Made by a program: the position numbers and the translations under genes. From assembly GCF_000142905.1 (NCBI RefSeq), contig NW_013657650.1:62001-126000 (forward strand): 64,000 nucleotides of DNA, in the 5' to 3' direction. The notes under the pieces were generated by a model. That model was not told where the DNA came from and did no database searches. It saw only the letters and a program-made list of their open reading frames with translations. Source of the stretch: Thecamonas trahens ATCC 50062. Its lineage: Eukaryota; Protista; Apusomonadida. The stretch's first letter is position 1. Each line of letters opens with the position of its first letter. This document shows, in pieces, positions 33,707-45,400 of the stretch.

Positions 33707-34125
33707 ATGAAGCCAAGCATGCGACCGAGCTTTACGGACACGTCCCCGACAACACACCTGCTTGTGCTGTTGCGAGAGAATGTTCGTCGGTGGTCTGCCA
33801 CCGTCAATGGCTTTGGCCCTGCCGCCGGCCCACTCTCGTACGAGGAAGACACATACGCAAGTTCGACGCTCTCGCAACTGCCGCACCTTGCTCTCCTCCC
33901 ACGCCGCTCCCGGTCCACCTCACGACCAGAGCCTTCTTCTCCAACTCTTCCACTTGCTGACCCGCTTGCTCTCTCTCAGCCGCTCCAGCTTCCGCTCGCC
34001 CTTCCTGTCGCCTGCCCACTCCTCCCTCCTGGCCCGCACGCCTCGCCAGACCCCGCGCCGGCCGCCCATGTCGACTCCTCGCTACCCAGTCGAGACGAGG
34101 CCGAGGAGGAGGCTACTGCTGCCGC

Positions 34126-34165
<40 letters not shown>

Positions 34166-35326
34166 GCTGCTGCTGCCGCACACATGCATCTGTATTCTCT
34201 TGCCCACCACCCACACTTTCAGGCTCAAGCCCACGCTCAGCCTCCGGCCCACTCGTCGCCACAGCACCGCCAACAACAGCACGGACGCCAGTCGTCGGTC
34301 CCGCCACGCTCCAGGCCGTCGTGTGACGATGATCTGATCGACGAGCAGCTGACAGCGGCGCAAGAGCCATCCTCGCCACCGCCGCGCCGCCCGCCGCCGC
34401 TCGTCCCGTTTGTCCGTTCGTCGTCGGTCTCAAAGCTGGACGGTCCAAACGCCCGCAGCTTGCATCGCGCCTCGCACTCGTCGTCCAACCTGGGCGCAAG
34501 CTACCGTGCCAGCGGAGCTGCGGGGAAGCGCGGTCGCCGCGCTGCCGGGTCTCGCGAGCACAAGCGCTCGTCGTCGTCAACCGGCAACGAGTCAACACAC
34601 CCTGGGACCGGCCATCCCCCCTCGTCGCCATCTCCTGTGCACAAGCGCCGGCCAAAGCGCAAGGCCCGCCGTGCCTCGGTCACCGGCCTCCCGTCCGACA
34701 CTCAAGGCCCGTTTCCGGCCGCCCCGCACTCGCACCTCCGGTCACCGCCGGTCCGCAACCGGCCGAGGCGTTCCCGCGCAGGCTCGGCGCCCAAGCCCAT
34801 GGACCACCGCGATCGCCGCAACGGCCGCGACCATGCCGCGCGCCCGCACTCGCGTCCGTCCAAGCCGACCAAGCCGTCTAAGCTCGGTGCGCCATGCACG
34901 CCTGCCTTTGAGCGTGGCGACCTCCCGCCACTCGGCCATCCGGTCCTCGGCCTCCTCAACGATGGCTCGTGGCACGTCGGCGAGGTCGTTCTCCACCACG
35001 ACTCCAAGCGCCGCGTCCTCATCGCCTTCTCGGACGGCGAGACCCGCAAGTGGCTCCCGCTCGAACGCATCATCCTCACCCCGCCGCCCGCAGAGCAGGC
35101 TGCCTTCAAGGCTCGTTTCCTCGCAGAACGCGCTGCGGCAGAGGCCGCCGCCGTCGCCGCTGCGCCCGGCCCCGGCCTCGCTCCCGGCCCTCACGCCCGC
35201 CCGAGCCCTGCCTCACCTGCCCCCGACGGCTCGCTCCCGCACCAGCGCATCGTCTACGTTCCCTACCCAGTTCCGGTCCCGGTCCTCGTCCCTTTTCACC
35301 CCGTCCCTTCTCATCCAGCTCAGTAG
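33707..35326 (+). CDS. Low-complexity protein with a C-terminal Tudor/Agenet-like domain
   Basis: GHPVLGLLNDGSWHVGEVV...VLIAFSDGETRKWLPLERI, poly-Ala from (GCT)n, basic NLS-like stretches. Start uncertain. Confidence 0.6.
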
Positions 35327-35557
35327 CATGGCGCGGTCGTCCGGCTGCACTCTCTTGTGCGGCTTATCATGAACAGGATTGCGTCGGCATTGTGCACCCA
35401 TAAAGAGCCACATGCTAAACACCTCGATGTGCGGCGGCTGATCGTCCCCGAAACAAACACAGCTTGCCCGCGTCGCAGCGGCCTTCAGCGGAGCCGCTCG
35501 CCGCCAACCTATCTGCGCGAGCTGCGGCAAGACTCGACTCGATCCGGATCACGCGAC

Positions 35558-38500
35558 ATGGACGCCGAGACCGCTGCGCTGCTTGCGGAGCAAGAGCGAT
35601 TCCTCTCGTCGGGCCAAGCAAGTGCCGCAACTGTAGTGCGGGCCAATGTGGTTGAGCGGAGTGTGCCTCGGCGGGATGTGGTCCAGCTCGATGGTGCCGT
35701 GGAGGAGTGTCCGCCCGAGGAGCCTAGCAACCTCTCGAGTCGAGTGAGTGCGACTCGGACGGGCGGAGCGCCATCCTCGTCCGGCCGCCGAGCTGACGAC
35801 AGGGACCAGCCTCGGAAGGAGGCTGCGGCGCACACAGAGACGAAAGATGACGAGGAGAAGATGGAAGAGGTTCCGGACGTGGTCATGGGTGTGGTTGAGC
35901 GGTTTCCAGACCAGCGGGCGTACGCTCCACCGGCTCCGTCGGGCACTCCCTTCCCGACTGTTGTCCATCGGTCGGCGAGGACTCACTCGCTCGGTCGGCA
36001 GAGCGCAAGGCGGAAGAGCGGAGACGGCGGCGGCTCGATTTTCGCTCGGCGATCGGCGTTTGCGGCCGATCATGCGGCAGGAGGGGCAAGACCGGACGCG
36101 GGTGCAGGAGGCAAGCCGAAGGCGGGCGACCGGGCAGAGAAGAAGAACCTCAAGCTGCCCAAGGCCGCCGAGTCGGTGGTCAAGGAGGCACCGCGGCAGA
36201 CCCGGGCGACGCTCTCCACGAACATGATCGAAGTGGAGAAGATGCAGTGGATGACGACGCTGATCGAGGGCGCCGGCACCAACGGCGCTCGAGGCGCAAG
36301 TGCAAGCAAGCCCAAGTCGAAGATTGCTCTCCAGATCGAGGCCTTCAAGGAGCTGTTTCCTGTCTTTGACCAGCGGTTCGATCTTCAGGGCAAGCTCTGC
36401 TCCCGCGAGGACTTTGCCGACGCGGTGGAATTGCCGCGCGAGCTGATGCACCACGGCGCGGATCCGGATGCGCCCGGGTACACACTTGGTGAGCTCACGC
36501 GACTGCTGCGATCCAAAGTGCCTGCACAGGCTGCAGTTGCAGCCGACACGCTGGCAGCGATTCTGCGGCGCGCTCACGGCGGCGAGTACGCGCCGGGGCA
36601 GGGTCGGGTCATTGTCAACGCGTTTGTGGAGCTGTACGGAGTGCTTGCGGTCCGACTCGCGCTCGACTCGGAGTCGATCACGCTGCTTCTGCCTGCGCTG
36701 GACCTTGTGGCCGCGCTGCTGCCGCTGCCCGAGTGGACAGCGACCGAGGCGATTGCGCCGTCAGGCGTGCGGTCGTACGCGCTTACGCCGGGCACGTCGC
36801 TGCGGCGGGCGTCGCAGATGGACGACGCCGAGCTGGCCAAGACTGATGCGGTGCTCGCGCTTGTACGCACAGGCATTGTCCCGCGCCTGCACTACCTGTA
36901 TAGTGTGTGGCGACATCCGCCGCACGCGTTGCTTGTCCGGCGGCGGGTGGTGCAAATCCTGACTCGGGTGGCGAGCCACTCGCTGCACGGAGCAGCGGCC
37001 GTGATCCAGACGCCTGGACTGATGGAGACACTTCTCAGCGACCACGTGGCGGTAGCAGCGGTTCACGATGCCGACATGACCGTCCTGACCGTCCCTGTGC
37101 TGCTGCTGGCCAAGAGGCTGGCGGCGTCGTCGGCCGAGCATGCACACCGGCTTGACGACGCGGCGCCGAGTGCGACGCTGATGGCGAGCGTGAGCCGATG
37201 GATCCTGGCGGGTCCAGTGGGTACGAGCGGCGCGTTTGAGGCCGCGCTCGCGCTGTGGCGAGTTTTTCTCGCTTACGGCGGTGCCGTGGACACGCTTGTG
37301 GCGTCGGCGCATGTTCTGCTTCCGCTGCTCGAGACTGGGACCAGCACCCAGGCTGCAGCGGTGTACGCTGTGTACACGCAGGCGGTCGATGCAGTGGCTG
37401 GCTCGGACTCTTGGTCGCTGGTGGCGCCACTGGTGGCGACAACGGTCAACGCGCTCCGGACCGCGGTGGAGGGCGGACTTGTCGACGCTGGCAACGCGGG
37501 GCGGCTGGTTCTGCTCGGAGCGCAGATGCACTTTCTGGCGGCGTACCTCCGTGCGCTACCGCTGCATCCGACGGCGTACGACCCATCGGAGGCAGTGTTG
37601 TTTGCACGGCGGACAATGTCGGAAGTTGTGGGTCTGTTGCCGCAAACCGTACTCGGTGCAGCGCCCGAGGTGCCTGCGGCGGCGCACGCGGTGCTGGCGG
37701 CAGCGGCGCCGCTGACCATCCGATCCGGCGGCGATGCGCCTGCCGTGTTTGCTGTTCCTGCAGCCACCCCTGCGCTGGAGGAGCTGCTGCCGTCTGCGCT
37801 GGCCGTCGACGGGCTGGCGTCGCTCGTCCTCGCGCTTCTCGCGCTGTATCGGCCTGTGCTCTCTGATGCCCGGCCTGGGTTCCTGGGTGCGCTCGCAGCA
37901 TGGCTAGAGTGTGTGGCGCCTGCGCGGCGAGAGCAGGAGAGTCTGGCGGGCCTGCTGCGGCGGGTGGTTGCGACACATGCCGGGCTGCGGCTGGCAGCGG
38001 TGCTGGCGGCGGCACCGGATGGCGTGCTTCCACCGTCGCAGTATGCGTGTGTGCTGCGGCTGGTGGCGGATGCGGTGCCTGGCGACGAGGCGCTGTTGAC
38101 GCAGGTTCTCGATGGAGTGGTGTTTGAGCCGGCTGTTGCGGCCAAGGTGGCGGAGGAGCACGGACTCGAGGGCGTGGAAGCCATCGAGTCGCTCCGTGAG
38201 TACTTGGGGTCATGGATGGGTGAGGTCGACGCGTTGGGCAAGGACAAGCTTGTGGCTGACGTGGCGCGGTCGCGGCTCCCGCTGCCGACCGAGTGGATGC
38301 TGATGCCGCTCGCCGAGGTCCACTCGCGGCTGGGCGACGACGGCGAGCTCGACGTGGTGCTTGGGGCGCGGCCGAACCTCGACGTGCGGCTCAACGCGGC
38401 GGTGGCGGAGGAGATGCTCTCGGGCGAGGCCGCGGCCGATGCCGAAGAGATGGCTGCGATGAAGGCGCATCGGCGGCAGCAGATCCACGGCGGCTTTGCG

Positions 38501-39160
38501 CTGATGGCGCCGCTAGTGGCGTCGACTGCGCCTGCTGTCCTACTCATTCGCGGCGTGCAAGCGGTCTCGGTCTCGTCGACCCTCTTCAGTGAGCCTGTGG
38601 TGAGCGAGGTGCTCGGGGAGATGGCGCGGCGGCTGGCGGCGAGTTCCGCCGAGAGCGGTGGGGTGTTTATGGCGAGCCTCGATGGGGTTCTTGCTGGCTC
38701 GCACGGGTACGCGCCACTGCTTGCCTCGTTTCTGGAGCACTACGGCGGAGTGGCGTACGCCGACGGGGCGGCGACGGCTCTGGTCCTCGTCCACCTCGCC
38801 CCGCGCGTTCCTGCCCCGCTGGCGGCACTGGTGTGGCGGCATCTTGCGGCGGCGCCGCCAATGGTAACGCCGGCTATGGTCGCCGAGTTCAACCTCGGGG
38901 GGGTGCTCTTCCCGGCGAATGGTGCCGAGACGCACGAGCCGATGTCTGCGGTTGTCGCCGAAGCGGTCATCAACGGGCTTGAGCTCATGGCCCGGCGCTC
39001 GCCGGTGCTCTACCACGCGGCCGCGCTGCGCCTTGGCTGGTTTGTGGCATCGGGCGACTTTGACGCCACCAACGCGCTCCACCGGCTCGGCGAGCGTGCC
39101 GACGATGTTGTCGATGCAAGCGCGGCCGAGTGTGCCGCTGCCGCCGGGTGTGGCGAATGA
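35558..39160 (+). CDS. RPAP1: RNA polymerase II-associated protein 1 (RPAP1/Rba50/IYO)
   Basis: RFDLQG...LMHHGADPDAPGYTLGELTRLLRSKVPAQ signature, FPTVVHRS motif and ARM-like helical C-terminus. Confidence 0.88.
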   Translation: MDAETAALLAEQERFLSSGQASAATVVRANVVERSVPRRDVVQLDGAVEECPPEEPSNLSSRVSATRTGGAPSSSGRRADDRDQPRKEAAAHTETKDDEEKMEEVPDVVMGVVERFPDQRAYAPPAPSGTPFPTVVHRSARTHSLGRQSARRKSGDGGGSIFARRSAFAADHAAGGARPDAGAGGKPKAGDRAEKKNLKLPKAAESVVKEAPRQTRATLSTNMIEVEKMQWMTTLIEGAGTNGARGASASKPKSKIALQIEAFKELFPVFDQRFDLQGKLCSREDFADAVELPRELMHHGADPDAPGYTLGELTRLLRSKVPAQAAVAADTLAAILRRAHGGEYAPGQGRVIVNAFVELYGVLAVRLALDSESITLLLPALDLVAALLPLPEWTATEAIAPSGVRSYALTPGTSLRRASQMDDAELAKTDAVLALVRTGIVPRLHYLYSVWRHPPHALLVRRRVVQILTRVASHSLHGAAAVIQTPGLMETLLSDHVAVAAVHDADMTVLTVPVLLLAKRLAASSAEHAHRLDDAAPSATLMASVSRWILAGPVGTSGAFEAALALWRVFLAYGGAVDTLVASAHVLLPLLETGTSTQAAAVYAVYTQAVDAVAGSDSWSLVAPLVATTVNALRTAVEGGLVDAGNAGRLVLLGAQMHFLAAYLRALPLHPTAYDPSEAVLFARRTMSEVVGLLPQTVLGAAPEVPAAAHAVLAAAAPLTIRSGGDAPAVFAVPAATPALEELLPSALAVDGLASLVLALLALYRPVLSDARPGFLGALAAWLECVAPARREQESLAGLLRRVVATHAGLRLAAVLAAAPDGVLPPSQYACVLRLVADAVPGDEALLTQVLDGVVFEPAVAAKVAEEHGLEGVEAIESLREYLGSWMGEVDALGKDKLVADVARSRLPLPTEWMLMPLAEVHSRLGDDGELDVVLGARPNLDVRLNAAVAEEMLSGEAAADAEEMAAMKAHRRQQIHGGFALMAPLVASTAPAVLLIRGVQAVSVSSTLFSEPVVSEVLGEMARRLAASSAESGGVFMASLDGVLAGSHGYAPLLASFLEHYGGVAYADGAATALVLVHLAPRVPAPLAALVWRHLAAAPPMVTPAMVAEFNLGGVLFPANGAETHEPMSAVVAEAVINGLELMARRSPVLYHAAALRLGWFVASGDFDATNALHRLGERADDVVDASAAECAAAAGCGE

Positions 39161-39282
39161 TGTGTGCAATGAAGTGACCGATGGCCGGTAGCTGGCGGCG
39201 GGAGGCTGGCAATGGTAGCCAGCCAGAAGGGAGAGAGTCACCCGTAACTCGGCATTCCTCTCACCAGCAACAACCGACCAAC

Positions 39283-41009
39283 ATGGCTGCATCGTCCAAC
39301 CAGGAGCGCTTTGGCCGCCTTGCCAACTCTTCGTCTAACGACCAGATGGAGTACGTCGGCTTAGCAAGCGCTGTGGGTGTGTTTGGGTGTGGGTGTGGGT
39401 GTGGTGGGTGTGTTTGGTTGGGTGGGTGGGGTGGGTGGGTGGGGGGGGGGGGTGTGTGTGTGTGAAACTGCGGCGGTTTTTTGTCATTTTCTTTGGAACA
39501 CAGGTCGCGTGGGCGGTGGGCGGTGGGATGGGGNNNNNNNNNNNNNNNNNNNNNNNNNNNNNNNNNNNNNNNNNNNNNNNNNNNNNNNNNNNNNNNNNNN
39601 NNNNNNNNNNNNNNNNNNNNNNNNNNNNNNNNNNNNNNNNNNNNNNNNNNNNNNNNNNNNNNNNNNNNNNNNNNNNNNNNNNNNNNNNNNNNNNNNNNNN
39701 NNNNNNNNNNNNNNNNNNNNNNNNNNNNNNNNNNNNNNNNNNNNNNNNNNNNNNNNNNNNNNNNNNNNNNNNNNNNNNNNNNNNNNNNNNNNNNNNNNNN
39801 NNNNNNNNNNNNNNNNNNNNNNNNNNNNNNNNNNNNNNNNNNNNNNNNNNNNNNNNNNNNNNNNNNNNNNNNNNNNNNNNNNNNNNNNNNNNNNNNNNNN
39901 NNNNNNNNNNNNNNNNNNNNNNNNNNNNNNNNNNNNNNNNNNNNNNNNNNNNNNNNNNNNNNNNNNNNNNNNNNNNNNNNNNNNNNNNNNNNNNNNNNNN
40001 NNNNNNNNNNNNNNNNNGGGGGGGGGGGGGGGGATGTCTCACTCGAGAGGATATGGTGATGATGATGATGACGATGACGATGATGATGATGATGATGATG
40101 ACGATGATGATGGTGATGATGATGATGGCGGTCGTTCAATGCGATGGCTGCTGGTCAACTGCTCACTATGCTTGCACTGCTGTGCTGGACTCTGCTGGAC
40201 TCTGCTGGACTCTGCCCATCGCTGCCGGTTGCCTCTCGCCCAACAGTCGGCGATCGCAAGGGCGTCCAGCACACAGAATACGGCATCAAGGTCAAGGTAC
40301 GCACGACCCCCCTCCCTGCGTCCCTCCCACACCCGCTCCCCTCTCCCCCCCCTCCCCCTCCCCCTCCCTTTATCGCCACTCATGCATCATTGCATCACAG
40401 ACACATGACGGTCAGTACCGGGTCTACCGCCGCTACCGTGACTTTGAGCGACTGGTGACCAAGATCGCCAAGGGCCGCAAGGCTGCCGGCCTCCCGCCAG
40501 TCGCCGGCCTTCCGGCGATGCCGAAAAAGTCGCTGCTTTCTCGATTCAAGTCGGACGTGGTGGAGAAGCGCAAGCGGGCGTTCAACGATATCTTGCAGTT
40601 CCTGCTGCAGGCTGAGCCTGACGAGGGCAAGGCGCTCTTGTCGTCGTTTCTCGCCGAAGGCGTCGAGGCCGTCGGCGACTCGTCGCTGCAGAAAATCCGC
40701 TCCAAGGCCATTGCAGTCAAGGTCTCGCTCGCCGATAAGAAGGCCGACGCCCGCCGCGAGACAACTGACCGCCACCAAGCCTCGCTCTGTCGCGAGTGCA
40801 AGGACGATATCAACTACTCCAAGAGCCACTGCGCATCGTGCGCCTCGCCGCTTCGTGCTGCGTCTCACGGCCAAACCTGTCGCGCCTGCAACATCCCGGC
40901 AACTCGCTGCTACAAATGCAACAAGGCCGGCGCCGCGCCCGTCCGCGCATGCGTCGAATGCGCCAAGTTCTGTCTCGCCTGCGAGGAGGATCTCTTTGAT
41001 GCCGAGTGA
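39283..41009 (+). CDS. PX-domain protein with a C-terminal 12-Cys PHF5A/Rds3-like zinc domain; exons 39283-39350, a probable exon in the gap, 40247-40296 and 40401-41009
   Basis: HTEYGIKVK|THDGQYRVYRRYRDFERL...LPAMPKK...VEKRKRAFNDIL is PX. Six CxxC pairs at 40788-40982. Canonical splice sites. Confidence 0.8.
40056..40127. repeat. (GAT)n microsatellite, intronic
   Basis: Seen directly in the sequence. Confidence 0.95.
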
Positions 41010-41336
41010 GTAAGCCGCCGATCACCCCGCCCTACCGCCGCCATCGTAATTGTACTGCCGCCGCCCGTCCCCTCCCCCCCCCCCCCATGGTTGTCAGAGA
41101 TAAGGGCAAGACAAAATAAAGCAGTTGGCGCTACCAAAAAAAAACCCCTCCGATGTCCCCATTGAAGGACCCTCTTTGTCTGCGTCCCCGTGACATGGGC
41201 AACGGCTAATTCGCACGAGTAACCATTGATTATGGTGCAAGAGAGTTGAGCATGGTTCTGAGCTTCGCTCACAGCCGTTCAAGGTCAAGGCCCTGCCCAC
41301 CACGACCTTGACCAGCACTCCACCACGCAGAGAATC

Positions 41337-42307
41337 ATGGCGGACTACGAAGCTGATTACGACGCTGACTACGCAGAGCAGCCTGTCCGCGAGCGCCGCT
41401 ACCGCAAGAAGTGCTTCAACTGTGGCTCGGTACGCCTCCCCCTCCTCCCTCCTTCCCCTCCCTCGCTACCCCCTTGCCGTCGGTTGGCGAGGCGGTCGCC
41501 GGTGCCTCCGTCCCAAGGCCAGCAAGCCTCCCACACCGCCCCCTTTGCGCCACCTACGCCCCTACGCCTCCCCCTCCAACCCCTGTCCCATTCCCCTAAT
41601 CCCTCCTCCTCCCCCATGCCCCCACCCCTACCCCCCCTCCCCCCCCCTCTGTGCGCCTGCCTGGTGGAAGACGGCAGCAATTTTTGGGAAGGCAACCAGG
41701 AGAAGAAGGCCATGCCATGCCATACCATGCTGTCCAGGGGGATGGGTGACGGACCCCCCTCCCCTCCCTCCCTCCCCCTCCTCACCCTCACCCTTACCCT
41801 CCCTCGCCCCTCTTCTACGACACCTACACTCACTTCCTTTTCTGACTACAGCTCGACCATCTTGTCGTCGACTGCCCGTCCGAGGTCAAGCTGTGCTTCC
41901 ACTGCCAGTCGGCCGACCACCTGGCGTCCGAGTGCCCGACGCCCATGCCGCGCGAGTGCTACGTCTGCGGTTCGATCGAACACGTTCGTGCGGCATGCCC
42001 GCAGCGCCCGGCGCCGGCTCCGCGTGAGCCGCGTGAGCCGCGCGAGCCGCGTGAGCCGCGTCCGCCCAAGGCCAAACGCAAGAAGCGCTGCCACATCTGT
42101 GGCGAGGACGACCATCTCTTCCGCGACTGCGATCAGTACGACCCGGACCTGGCGGCGGCCAAGAAGTCGTGCCACAACTGCGGCGGCATGGGTCACATCC
42201 AGCGGACCTGCCCCGAGCCGCCCCGCGAGCCCGACCAGCGCCCTTGCCACCACTGCGGCCTGACCGGTCACGTCAAGCGTGACTGCCCGGCTCTGCAGGA
42301 GGAGTAA
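41337..42307 (+). CDS. CNBP/Gis2-like zinc knuckle protein (6 CCHC); exons 41337-41429 and 41852-42307
   Basis: A GTACGC..CTGACTACAG intron splits the first knuckle (CFNCGS|LDHLVVDC). Six C-x2-C-x4-H-x4-C motifs. Confidence 0.9.
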
Positions 42308-42475
42308 CTGGCCCTGTCCACATACCACTCTCACTCTCAACTTGCGGCTGGCGGTATCGCTGGCTGCAGACTGTTCCTCGGTTTTCCGCGTGGGCGAGAG
42401 CCACGCGTCGCCTTCCCACCCTCGTAAACGAAGATGTGCTTGCTTGGTGAGACCCTTGCCTTGCCTGGCTTCCCT

Positions 42476-45400
42476 TCATTCGGCCGCGCTATGAGTTCGC
42501 CGCACCCGCCGCCGCGTCCGCTTAAGGGATGGCAGCGACGGTGTCGGTGCCAGGGGCGAGCTCGATGCCGCCGAAACGTGCTTGACCGCCACCGCGAGCT
42601 GATGCTGGAGCGAGAGCACCAGCGCCTTGGCCTTGGCGTGCTCGGCGCGCTCGTTGCGGAGCTGCGTCTTGAGTGTATCGATGGTCATTTGTGACGGTGC
42701 CTTGGGCGACGCGGGCTTTTCCAGCGACGCTGGTCCGTCCGGCCCGCGTGATGGGCCGCCGGACTCTTCGGCGGGCCGACGCTCGCGACTCTTACGGGCC
42801 AGTGGCGACGCCGGTTGATGGGCCTCGAAAAGAGCGATCGTGTTTTTGGCGTCGGCAAGCTGCCGCTCAAGAGCGTGCTTGTCGTGAATGACCTTGTCGA
42901 GGTACGTGTGGTTCACGTCCTTGCGCTTGGCCTCCTCGACAACAGCGACCTGTGCAGCCTGGACCTCGAGCTTGAGCTCAGGCACCACGTGCTTCTCGTA
43001 GTGGATGAGCTTGGCGAGGAGCGTCTCATAGCGAGCGTGCGCAGTCTCGGCCTTGTGGCGGTACGATGCCAGGTCGGCTGTGAGACGGGCGATGGTGTCG
43101 TTGGCATCGCCGAGCTCACCCGAGAACCGGCGTGCATCAGCTTGGGCCTGAGCGCGATCGGCCTCAGCACGGGCGACCGAGTCAAGCGCGGTATGGACCT
43201 GCTCAGCGTACTCGGCGTCCTTGCGATTCTCGGCGGTGCGGACGGCCTCCATGATCCGGTCGCGGGCTGCGATGTACTTGTGCTTGATCTCCATATACCG
43301 CACCTTGTGGGCGTCATACTTGAGCCCAAGGTGGCTGTGCTCGCCCATGAGCGCCTCGTACTGTCGTGCCCACTCGGCGTTCTTTGTCCGCAGCGCCGTC
43401 TCCAGTTTGGCCTGCACGTCAGCATACACTGCATGCTCGGCCTTGAACGCCTCGTACTCCGCGAGAAGGCTCTTATGTGCCTTAGTCGTGCTCGACAGCT
43501 GGGTCTCGAGGAAAGCGCCACGCTCGAGCTGAGTCGTCAACTCGGCGATCTTGGCCTCGGCCTTGGCGAGCGCGTCGTTGACGTGAGCGCGGTGGGCAGT
43601 CTGCTCTTCAGCAAGGACCGACTCGCGCTCGGCAGCTGAGCTTGCTGAGACCTCCGCATGGATGCGAGCCTGCTCGGCTGCCTGCAGCTCGTCCTGTAGC
43701 GCAGCAATCTGGGCCTGTTGCTTGCTTCTAGCGTCGTGGGCGGCGTCGAGCTTGGCCTCGAGCTTGGTGACTCGAGCAGACGTGGCGTCGAGCGACCTCA
43801 CGGCTGTCTCGAGCCTTCTACTCGCGGTCGCAAGATCGTCCTCTGCAAGCGCCGTTACCCGGGTTTGGGATGCAAGCTGCTCGCGGAGCGCTTGGATCTG
43901 GGCCTCTTTCTCGGATGCCAGCTGCTCGCGGGCAGCCTCATGCTCAGTGATGAGTTTCTCACGCACGGTCTTGATCTCGGACTCTTTCTCAGCAACCAAC
44001 TGCTCGCGGACGGCCTTGATCTCGGACTCTTTCTCGGCAACCAACTGCTCGTGTGCAGCTTTGTGCTCCGCAACCAATTGCTCACGGACGGCCTTGATCT
44101 CGGACTCTTTCTCGGCAACCAACTGCTCGTGCACGGCCTTGATCTCAGTCTCCTTCTCAGCAACCAACTGCTCGTGCTCAGCTCTGTGCTCCGCAACCAA
44201 TTGCTCGCGCACGGTCTTGATCTCAGTCTCCTTTTCCACCACAACCTGCTCACGGACAGCATTGATCTCGGACTCTTTCTCGGCAACCAACTGCTCGTGC
44301 ACGGCCTTGATCTCAGTCTCCTTCTCAGCAACCAACTGCTCGTGCTCAGCTCTGTGCTCCGCAACCAATTGCTCGCGCACGGTCTTGATCTCAGTCTCCT
44401 TTTCCACCACAACCTGCTCACGGACAGCATTGATCTCGGACTCTTTCTCGGCAACCAACTGCTCGCGGACGGCCTTGATCTCAGTCTCCTTCTCAGCAAC
44501 CAACTGCTTGTGCTCAGCTCTGTGCTCCGCAACCAATTGCTCGCGCACGGTCTTGATCTCAGTCTCCTTTTCCACCACAACCTGCTCACGGACAGCATTG
44601 ATCTCGGACTCTTTCTCGGCAACCAGCTGCTCGCGCACGGTCTTGATCTCAGTCTCCTTTTCCACCACAACCTGCTCACGGACAGCATTGATCTCGGACT
44701 CTTTCTCGGCAACCAACTGCTCGCGGACGGCCTTGATCTCAGTCTCCTTCTCAGCAACCAACTGCTCGTGCTCAGCTCTGTGCTCCGCAACCAATTGCTC
44801 ACGGACGACCTTGATATCAGTCTCCTTTTCCACCACAACCTGCTCACGGACGGCCTTGATCTCGGACTCTTTCTCAGCAACCAACTGCTCGCGCATAGCC
44901 TTCATCTCGGCTTTGCGCTCAGCAACCAACTGCTCGCGGACGGCCTTGATCTCAGTCTCCTTCTCAGCAACCAACTGCTCGTGCACGGCTTGGACTGAAG
45001 CCTCGCGCTCAGCAACCAGCTGCTCGCGGACAGCCTTGATCTCGGACTCTTTCTCAGCAACCAACTGCTCGCGGACGGCCTTGATCTCAGTCTCCTTCTC
45101 GGCAATCAACTGCTCGCGCACAGCCTTCACCTCAACCTCATTCTCAGCGACACGCTGGTCTCGATCCGCCTCAGCCACGGCAGCAGCATTCGCTGCAGAC
45201 GCTGCAAGGACTTCAAGCTCAATTGCACGTCGTTCCAGATCCTGACGCTCCTGATCCAGCGTTTCGCAGCGTGCCTTCGCCTTGCCGAGCGCTTCCTCAA
45301 GCTCCTTCCGCACAACGTCTTGCACACGTCTCTCACGCTCGCGCGCCTCGGTCGTCGTCGCAAGCTCGACCCGTGCTACATCACGCTCACGCGCAATCTG

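Noticed and set aside
43662-45245. Long antisense ORFs (527 and 426 aa) and many similar shadow ORFs across the window
   Set aside because: They are by-products of GC-rich codon bias and coding repeats on the opposite strand, with no recognisable domains.
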